From assembly GCA_000989765.1 (NCBI GenBank), contig LBOW01000005.1, positions 661 to 64,660 of the forward strand: 64,000 nucleotides of DNA, written 5' to 3'. The DNA is from Candidatus Woesebacteria bacterium GW2011_GWB1_33_22 (GTDB lineage: Bacteria; Patescibacteriota; Microgenomatia; UBA8517). Below are positions 57,614 through 64,000 of the stretch, piece after piece. The notes beneath the pieces are model-generated. The model ran no database searches, was not told the DNA's origin, and worked only from the letters and a program-made list of their open reading frames with translations. The position numbers and the translations under genes are program-made. Position 1 is the first letter of the stretch. The number at the start of each line of letters is the position of its first letter.

Positions 57614-58663
57614 CTATTGTGGCAGGAACTCTTTAACATTTTGTGAAGTAACATGAAATTCTGTGCCCTTTCCTTCAACCATTAATCTTGCAACTTTTCT
57701 AACAACTCCACCAATTGTTCTTTCCATTGTACGAATTCCAGCATCATAACCTAAAGGTCTAACTAAATTGGCCCAGACATCATCATCAATTTTTAAAGAC
57801 TCCGCAGGAAGTCCTGCAGCTTTCATTGCTCTTGGAAATACATATCTTTGCCCTATTGTGATTTTTTCTTGATCAGTATACGAGGGCATCATAATTGGCT
57901 CAATTCTATCCATCACGGCAGTTGAAATATTTGTTGTATTGTTAGCAGTTGCTATAAAAATACATTCTGAAAGATTAATAGGATAATCAATATAATGATC
58001 TGTAAAAGCATGATTTTGACCAGGGTCTAAAAGTTCAACTAAGACGCCCATAATAGACGCTCTTCCTTGATCTGTTACTCTATCAATTTCATCAAGTAGT
58101 ATTACTGAATTTCTAGTTCCAGTATCGCGAAGGGCCTTTATAATTTTCCCAGGCTCAGCTTCAGGATGCATTTTACTTTGACCACGAAGGTCCAAAGGAT
58201 CTCCCATACCTCCAAATGGGATACGGGCAATTTTTCTGCCCAGAGCTTCTGCAATTGAAAAAGCAATAGTTGTTTTACCTGTTCCAACCAAACCCACAAA
58301 ACAAAGGATTGGAGCGCGATACACATCCTGACTCTCCCCCTTTTCCTGTTTTAGTTTCATAACAGCTAGATATTCCAAAACTCTTTCCTTTATTTCTTCT
58401 AATCCAAAATGGTGTTCGTCTAGAATTTTTTTAGCATTAATTAAATCCAGATTATCTTGAGATTTTGTGTTCCATGGCAAAATAGTAATCCAATCAATAT
58501 ATTTATTCATCCTGTCATATTCTGGTAAAAAGGTGGGGGAATTTGTTAATTTCTTGAGTTGTTCAAGTCTAATTTGTACAGAAGCTTTTAGTTCATCAGG
58601 AACAGATGAATTTTTAACTTTTTCACCAAGTAAATTAATCTCATCAAAGGCAGTATCTAACAT
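57614..58663 (-). CDS. Lon-like AAA+ ATPase module without LON N-domain or protease domain
   Basis: Colinear with the Lon AAA+ region: YIDWITILPWN, LDEHHFGLEEIKERVLEYLAV, Walker A GLVGTGKTT, PGKIIKAL, Walker B ILLDEIDRV, sensor FIATAN, DAGIRTMER. It ends where the Lon S16 protease domain would start, and a 15-nt gap separates it from the next gene. Confidence 0.8.
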   Translation of the reverse strand: MLDTAFDEINLLGEKVKNSSVPDELKASVQIRLEQLKKLTNSPTFLPEYDRMNKYIDWITILPWNTKSQDNLDLINAKKILDEHHFGLEEIKERVLEYLAVMKLKQEKGESQDVYRAPILCFVGLVGTGKTTIAFSIAEALGRKIARIPFGGMGDPLDLRGQSKMHPEAEPGKIIKALRDTGTRNSVILLDEIDRVTDQGRASIMGVLVELLDPGQNHAFTDHYIDYPINLSECIFIATANNTTNISTAVMDRIEPIMMPSYTDQEKITIGQRYVFPRAMKAAGLPAESLKIDDDVWANLVRPLGYDAGIRTMERTIGGVVRKVARLMVEGKGTEFHVTSQNVKEFLPQ

Positions 58664-58686
58664 AATTTAAGTATAACTGAAAAATA

Positions 58687-59514
58687 TCATTTTAGCTTTT
58701 TAATATTTACATTCCCCAATATTGCTTTCATTTGAATAATTGCAATTTGATTTAATTTTATTAATCTTTCAGACTGTGATAAACAATCTCTTATCAATTC
58801 CGCATTGATCCCTTCTAAATTAGCCAAAACCACAAGTTGGGTTACATCTGAGTAATCGCGGATATTTCCTTCTAATTTTGGATTATTATCTCGCCATTCT
58901 TTAGCAGTTATTCCAAACAAGGCTACATTTAAGACATCTGCTTCGCTCGCATAAATAATCTTTGCTTTATTTTTAGAAATATTTGCTGGGATCAAATTTT
59001 CTTTAATTGAATTCGTATGAATTTTGTAATTAATTTTGGTTAATGTCCGCTTAACATTCCATCCTGATGCAAGCCTTAGATTTTCGTCTTCTTTCAGTCT
59101 CTGAAATTCTTTAATTAAATAAAGTTTAAATTCAGGCGACAACCATGTTGCAAATTCAAAAGCTATGTCTTTATGAGCAAAGGTTCCACCATTTCTGCCA
59201 GATTTAGATACTAACCCAATGGCGTTTGTAGTAATAATCCACTTGGTTGGAGATAGTACAAAATTATTACTACCAGACTTTGACCAAAACCCGTCGAATT
59301 CGACGGGTTTAAAATTAAAATTGTTTAATTTTTCCCACAAACCTAAATATTCAATCGTGCTCCTGTTTCTCATCCAATTTTTGATTACATCATCAGTTTC
59401 AGAAGTACCCCGATATTTTGCTATATCAGTAAGTGAGATATAATCAGTATTATCTTTTTTAAATACAACTATTTCAATTTCTTTAACAGTAATTTTTTGT
59501 GAAGCAACCGACAT
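58687..59514 (-). CDS. KilA-N domain-containing protein
   Basis: DYISLTDIAKY...NWMRNRSTIEYLGLWE then a conserved AHKDIAFEFATWLSPEFKLYLIKEFQRLK block typical of the widespread KilA-N family. Confidence 0.75.
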   Translation of the reverse strand: MSVASQKITVKEIEIVVFKKDNTDYISLTDIAKYRGTSETDDVIKNWMRNRSTIEYLGLWEKLNNFNFKPVEFDGFWSKSGSNNFVLSPTKWIITTNAIGLVSKSGRNGGTFAHKDIAFEFATWLSPEFKLYLIKEFQRLKEDENLRLASGWNVKRTLTKINYKIHTNSIKENLIPANISKNKAKIIYASEADVLNVALFGITAKEWRDNNPKLEGNIRDYSDVTQLVVLANLEGINAELIRDCLSQSERLIKLNQIAIIQMKAILGNVNIKKLK

Positions 59515-59516
59515 AA

Positions 59517-60138
59517 CTAAAGTATAACAGGAAGTTCAAAAAGTGAGTATATTGTCTCACACTTATCCGATTTTCTATTGTCTTTTCTATTTAACCAGAT
59601 TGCTCTAATTTCATTCTTGGTTAAAAATTCACAAATTGTCTCTTTATCATCAACTATAATTGCATCCTTTGGAATTTTTTCTAAAACCTCTTTTGTATCT
59701 TTTGCATCAACTATAAAAATTAAATCTTTATCAAAATATTTATTTAGACCTAATGATTTAAATTTATGATTTTGAAATTTCTTGGTTCCTTCTGAATATA
59801 TTCCCAATCGATATTTATCTTTTAATTTTTCTAAAACTTCTAAAGTTTCTTTATATACATTTACATTATATATATGCGTATTCTGGAGCATAAAAAACAT
59901 CTTGAAGTTTTTCTTCGTTTCTAAAATTGAATTTCTTACACAGTTTTTTAATATAATCTTCAGGAACAAAATATCTATCGTTAGTTAAGGTTTTTAAATA
60001 ATCAATCTCTACTTGTTGAAAACTTGATAATTCAGGGTAATTTAATAATTTAAGAATTGTTGAATCAAGCAATTCAATCATTCCGCTAGTATCAAAAATT
60101 GTTCTATCAATATCAAAAAGAATTATTTTGTTTTTCAT
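59517..60138 (-). pseudogene. HAD-superfamily hydrolase interrupted by a 1-nt frameshift in a T6/A6 homopolymer
   Basis: N-terminal part (ORF 59866..60219) carries motif I ILFDIDRTIFDT. C-terminal part (ORF 59517..59969, other frame) carries HAD motifs II-IV (GIYSEGTKK...IIVDDKE). Removing one T at 59893..59898 fuses them. Confidence 0.65.
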
Positions 60139-60168
60139 ATTGAAGTATTTTAACAGATTGCGGAGCGT

Positions 60169-60199
60169 ATCGCGCAATGATCGCGCAAAACATCGCGCA
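60169..60199. promoter_or_regulatory. Three direct copies of ATCGCGCA at helical-turn spacing (11-12 nt); candidate operator array
   Basis: tATCGCGCAatgATCGCGCAaaacATCGCGCAg immediately upstream of the HAD gene -10-like TAAAAT (8 nt before its ATG) and downstream of pnp. Confidence 0.5.
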
Positions 60200-60258
60200 G
60201 ACATATGAGCCGATTGCAAGCATGAAAAATTGAATTTAAAAAATAACCACGCAAAGTT

Positions 60259-62646
60259 TTACCTATTTGCGTTTTGGTCAGTTTGAAAGTATCTTGAAGT
60301 TGGAAAATGTGGGCCTGATGACCTTCCATCTGTTGCAGGTCTATCTGCATTACCCCTATTGTCTCTTCCTCCAAAGGAGGACCCGCCTCGGGCGGGAAAT
60401 CCACCTGTTCTTGGTCCTCTTGATCCACCAAAAGATGACCCGCTTCGAGCTGGATATCCACCTCTTGAGCCTCCGCCTCTATAACCACCACTTGAGGGTC
60501 TCCTATCAGAAAAACCACCTCCACGATCTCCTCCTGTTCTTTCCCTTTTTGCACTGTCAATCTTTTCATCTGCTGCGGGATCCATGTTCATAGAAAGGTT
60601 AACTCTTCCCATGTCATCTATCTTTTTAACTCTTACTTTTACTTTGTCTCCAATTTTGACAACATCAGAAGCATCAGCAACAAACCCCTCTTGTCCCATA
60701 TCTGAAACATGAACCATTCCATCTTTTCCAGGAAGTATATTTACAAATGCTCCAAAAGGCATAAGTCTAACAACCTCACCATCATATATTTCACCAGCTT
60801 GTACCTCTTTGACTAATCCTTCAATCCAAGCTATGGCTTTTGCTATCTTCTCTTCATCCATACCTGATATTGAAACTTTTCCATCGTCTTCTACTTCGAC
60901 CTCGGTCTCAGTCTCTGCCATTAACTTCTTGATTACTTTTCCACCAGGACCTATTAATTCTCCAATCTTTTCAACTGGGATTGTTACAAGTTTTATCTTT
61001 GGAGCAAAAGCAGAAACTGTCTTTTTTGGTTCTTTTATTGTATCTGTTATAACTTTTAATATCTCAGCCCTACCCACTTTTGACTGATCAAGCGCTTTTG
61101 CTAAAATTTCTGGAGTTAAATTTAAAGTTTTAACATCTAATTGAATTGCTGTAATTCCTTTTTCAGTTCCCGCAACTTTAAAGTCCATGTCACCATTAAA
61201 ATCTTCAAGTCCCATTATGTCTGTTAATATGGCGACGTCAGTGCCTTCAATAATTAACCCCATGGCAATACCTGAAACTGGAGCTTTAATTGGCACACCC
61301 GCATCCATTAAGGCTAAAGATGATCCACAAACTGAAGCCATTGATGTTGATCCATTGGAACTCATGACCTCAGAAACTACTCTAATTGCATATGGAAATT
61401 CTTCCTGTGTAGGAAGAACAGGAATTAAAGCTTTTTCGGCCAAGGCTCCATGCCCTATTTCACGTCTGCCTGGATTTCCCACTCTTCCCACTTCACCTGT
61501 TGTAAAAGGAGGCATGGAATAATGATGCATATAACGCTTTTCTTCTTCACCTTCTGCAGTTTCCAAAAGTTGCCCCATCTTAGAAGCGCCAAGTGTAGCA
61601 ATTGAAAGAACTTGGGTTTGGCCTCTTTTAAATAGTCCCGATCCATGTGTTCTGGGAAGAAAACCAATTTCTGCACTTAATGACCTAACTTCAGTTAATT
61701 TCCTACCGTCAGGTCTTATACCTTTTTTAAGAATCTGTTCTCTAATGTAGTCCTTTTTGATATGGTCAATAATTTCTGCCACAAATTTCTTTTCTGTTTC
61801 AGTAACTTCATCAGAAACAGCATTTACTAACTCCATAAAATCACCAGATGCACCTTCGTGGGTAGCCATGTTTTTTACTAAACTCGAGATTTTATCATCT
61901 ACTAGTTTATGTACTTGTTTTTCTAACTCTTTAGGAGGAGTAACTTCAGTGTAAACTTCTCTTTTAACATCTAATTCTTTGACAAAATCTTCAATAGCTG
62001 AGTTTATTTTTTGAGCTTCTTCAAAGGCTAGTTTGACTCCATCTACAATTTGGGCCTCAGTTACCTCTTTTGCCCCAGTTTCAATCATTAATACAGCCGT
62101 TTTTGTTGAAGAAACTACTAAATCTAGAGAAGAACTTTCTAATTCTTGATTGGTTGGATTAACTATAAAGTCAGTGTCTTTCATTCCCACATTAACTACA
62201 GCAACTGGACCTTTCCAAGGCAAATAACTAGCATGGACCGCAGCTGAGGCTGCAATTGCACCCAAAGTAACAGGTGAATTCACTCCATCAACTGACAAAA
62301 CAGTAACTATTATTTGAACTTCTTTTTTGTAAAGCTTGGGGAAAAGTGGTCTAATAGAACGGTCAATTAACCTAGCAGTTAAAATTTCTTCATCTGTTGG
62401 TCTGCCGTCCCTTTTTACCCAACGGCTTCCTTTAATTTTTCCACCAGCATATAATTTTTCTTGATATTCAACAGAGAGTGGAAAATAATCCATTTCCATC
62501 TTCAAAGGAGCTGAGGCAACGGTTGCCAAAACAACAGTATCACCTAATCTTGCCATAACAGCACTATCAGCTTGTTCTGCTAATATTCCTGTTGTAATGG
62601 TAATTTTTTTACCACCTAATTCGAATGTTTTCTCTACTTTTTTCAT
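60259..62646 (-). CDS. pnp: Polyribonucleotide nucleotidyltransferase with a ~100-aa RGG/GGY-rich C-terminal tail
   Basis: Two RNase PH domains, KH and S1, followed by …GGDRGGGFSDRRPSSGGYRGGGSRGGYPARSGSSFGGSRGPRTGGFPARGGSSFGGRDNRG…. Confidence 0.95.
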   Translation of the reverse strand: MKKVEKTFELGGKKITITTGILAEQADSAVMARLGDTVVLATVASAPLKMEMDYFPLSVEYQEKLYAGGKIKGSRWVKRDGRPTDEEILTARLIDRSIRPLFPKLYKKEVQIIVTVLSVDGVNSPVTLGAIAASAAVHASYLPWKGPVAVVNVGMKDTDFIVNPTNQELESSSLDLVVSSTKTAVLMIETGAKEVTEAQIVDGVKLAFEEAQKINSAIEDFVKELDVKREVYTEVTPPKELEKQVHKLVDDKISSLVKNMATHEGASGDFMELVNAVSDEVTETEKKFVAEIIDHIKKDYIREQILKKGIRPDGRKLTEVRSLSAEIGFLPRTHGSGLFKRGQTQVLSIATLGASKMGQLLETAEGEEEKRYMHHYSMPPFTTGEVGRVGNPGRREIGHGALAEKALIPVLPTQEEFPYAIRVVSEVMSSNGSTSMASVCGSSLALMDAGVPIKAPVSGIAMGLIIEGTDVAILTDIMGLEDFNGDMDFKVAGTEKGITAIQLDVKTLNLTPEILAKALDQSKVGRAEILKVITDTIKEPKKTVSAFAPKIKLVTIPVEKIGELIGPGGKVIKKLMAETETEVEVEDDGKVSISGMDEEKIAKAIAWIEGLVKEVQAGEIYDGEVVRLMPFGAFVNILPGKDGMVHVSDMGQEGFVADASDVVKIGDKVKVRVKKIDDMGRVNLSMNMDPAADEKIDSAKRERTGGDRGGGFSDRRPSSGGYRGGGSRGGYPARSGSSFGGSRGPRTGGFPARGGSSFGGRDNRGNADRPATDGRSSGPHFPTSRYFQTDQNANR

Positions 62647-62661
62647 TAATCTTTTTTGAAG

Positions 62662-62690
62662 TTTCTAGTGTCTAATTTCTAGTGTCTAGT
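62662..62690. repeat. Two tandem 12-nt direct repeats (plus-strand TTTCTAGTGTCT, period 14) in the rpsO-pnp intergenic leader
   Basis: gTTTCTAGTGTCTaaTTTCTAGTGTCTagt between the rpsO stop and the pnp start. Confidence 0.55.
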
Positions 62691-62959
62691 TACTTGTTCA
62701 ACTTTAATTCTTTAATCAAATCTTTGTATCTTTTTTCGTCTTTCTTCATTAAGTATGACAGAAGTCTCCTTCTTTTTGCAACCATTGAAAGAAGTCCTCT
62801 TCTTGAGTGAACATCTTTTTTGTGTTCCTTTAAGTGTTCTGCAAGTTTATTAATCTTTGTCGAAAGAAGTGCAATTTGAATTTCAGGAGATCCGGTGTCC
62901 CCTTTTTCTTTTGCAAACTTTTTAATTAATTCTTTTTTTTCCTCAGGTTTTAATGCCAT
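62690..62959 (-). CDS. rpsO: 30S ribosomal protein S15
   Basis: 89-aa S15 sequence with [14 protein letters not shown]-like and HLKEHKKD motifs. Confidence 0.93.
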   Translation of the reverse strand: MALKPEEKKELIKKFAKEKGDTGSPEIQIALLSTKINKLAEHLKEHKKDVHSRRGLLSMVAKRRRLLSYLMKKDEKRYKDLIKELKLNK

Positions 62960-63072
62960 ATTGTTTAAAAATGTGTATTGCTAAAGTAGATCCATAAAGC
63001 ATTATGTAGGATAAACCTTGCAAACAACTAGTGAGTATTCTAGCAAATTAAGTTTAAAAAAACAAAGGGTAA

Positions 63073-64000
63073 TTAATAAACTATCTTGTCAGACGTATCT
63101 ACACCCTTTGTCTTGTAACGTAAATGAACTGACACCATGTCGTGTTTAACACTTTCATTTCTAGGGCTTATAACAACCATGGCATTTCTACAGTTCCAAT
63201 CTCTGTCGTTAATCTCTCTGGAACCATCTCCTGTCAACTCAGGGGCAAAGGTAGTAAGAGTATTTTTCTTCCAACTCAGACTTTTGGAAACTGGTCTATA
63301 TTCAACATGAGTCTGTCCCTTGTTTTCACCAGGTTTCGTTTCAATTGTTCCAACTTTCTTCCAACAAACTCTACCATTAGAATCTTCGTGACAATCATAT
63401 ATATGTATATTACCTTTAGTGTCTTGTCCAACTGCCATAACAGTATCTTTAAAAGAGTATTTATCACCAGATCTTTCCACTAAAATTCTCATACCGTTCG
63501 ACATAAAAATTCCACCATCTGGATATTCACCCAAAACTACAAGTTTTTGAAATTTAACACCACCCTGATATCTACCAAGATATCTATCCAGTGCAGGTAA
63601 TCTGTCGACGACTAAACCATCTGGTTCATCCAACATAACATCCCATCCATCTTGAACTACGGCGTCTGAAATTTTATTAAACCTTTCAGTTGTTAGTTCT
63701 CTCACAGGAATTGGAACAACATTTGCCTGATGATAAGCATCCTTTAAGAGACTGGGTAAAAGATGGCCTAGATCTGGGTCATCTTCAGACGAAAGTGTTC
63801 CATGGACAGACACAAAAACGGCAAACATTAGCTGTAGTGACAAACCTACCTTATCACCAACTAACACATGAATTTGATCTTTAATCCTCTGAAGGGCTGT
63901 TTGACTCTCAACTTCACTTAAGCCGCCTGTCAAAGATTTCCCGTCAAAACTAAGATGAGCGATTTCTGCTGCATGATAAATCCTTTCCACTACACATCTA
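63073..64000 (-). CDS. Hypothetical protein, 5'-truncated by the window end; unrecognised family, GC noticeably higher than neighbouring genes
   Basis: Open frame running off the window edge (the track start is a GTG, and no stop lies upstream within the window). At least 305 aa with no recognisable motifs. Confidence 0.5.
   Translation of the reverse strand, partial: RCVVERIYHAAEIAHLSFDGKSLTGGLSEVESQTALQRIKDQIHVLVGDKVGLSLQLMFAVFVSVHGTLSSEDDPDLGHLLPSLLKDAYHQANVVPIPVRELTTERFNKISDAVVQDGWDVMLDEPDGLVVDRLPALDRYLGRYQGGVKFQKLVVLGEYPDGGIFMSNGMRILVERSGDKYSFKDTVMAVGQDTKGNIHIYDCHEDSNGRVCWKKVGTIETKPGENKGQTHVEYRPVSKSLSWKKNTLTTFAPELTGDGSREINDRDWNCRNAMVVISPRNESVKHDMVSVHLRYKTKGVDTSDKIVY

Noticed and set aside
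60150-60593. Overlapping ORFs 60267..60593 (+) and 60150..60569 (-) in the pnp 3' region
   Set aside because: They are alternative frames through the GC-rich region encoding the PNPase RGG tail, with low-complexity translations. The pnp frame is continuous with the conserved S1 domain.
1-64000. CRISPR arrays, rRNA genes, tRNA genes, transposase/IS elements
   Set aside because: No regularly spaced repeat-spacer arrays were seen. No rRNA-like conserved blocks. No convincing T-loop (GTTCGAATCC-like) plus acceptor-stem combinations; GC-rich islands at 5535..5834 and 13575..13620 were examined, and the first is RNase P RNA. No transposase-like ORFs or terminal inverted repeats.

Overview
This is a gene-dense, AT-rich bacterial segment of about 100 genes, almost all on the minus strand and mostly core information-processing machinery. 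From high to low coordinates on the minus strand it reads: rpsO-pnp; a cluster of accessory genes (HAD hydrolase with a frameshift, KilA-N protein, Lon-like AAA+ ATPase lacking a protease domain, metallophosphoesterase, RHH-PIN toxin-antitoxin pair, family-4 UDG); rnj, ftsK, a rodZ-like gene, alaS; a sortase next to an actin-fold membrane protein; ruvX and mltG; then rpoB-rpoC-rpsL-rpsG, a ~1.8 kb insertion, fusA-tuf and a contiguous S10-spc-alpha ribosomal-protein cluster continuing into rplM-rpsI. Below that lie a MacAB-like efflux set, dinD-like-recA-recX, rny, hup, an ABC-2 transporter, miaA, an AI-2E transporter, dtd, a DUF4446-like protein, a DUF3048 protein, a wHTH-nucleotidyltransferase fusion and secD-secF. 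The ribosomal cluster has no L30 gene between rpsE and rplO, and several core proteins are minimised or oddly decorated, which fits a Candidate Phyla Radiation (Patescibacteria)-like reduced genome. A ~300-nt RNase P RNA gene sits on the plus strand at 5535..5834, where only spurious ORFs were called. The observations I rank highest are: the accessory insertion splitting the normally contiguous str operon between rpsG and fusA, carrying a plus-strand SPFH/band-7 gene flanked by two copies of a ~45-bp direct-repeat promoter module; a Lon AAA+ module with no N-terminal LON domain and no protease domain, embedded in a KilA-N / metallophosphoesterase / VapBC / UDG cluster; a DinD-like Bro-N protein directly upstream of recA-recX with a GC-rich element between them; a PNPase with a ~100-aa RGG-rich C-terminal tail; L24 with a C4 zinc-ribbon C-terminus; and a recurring architecture of near-consensus promoters placed 6-11 nt from start codons without a Shine-Dalgarno sequence, which would give leaderless transcripts for tuf and several accessory genes. 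No CRISPR array, rRNA or convincing tRNA gene was seen.
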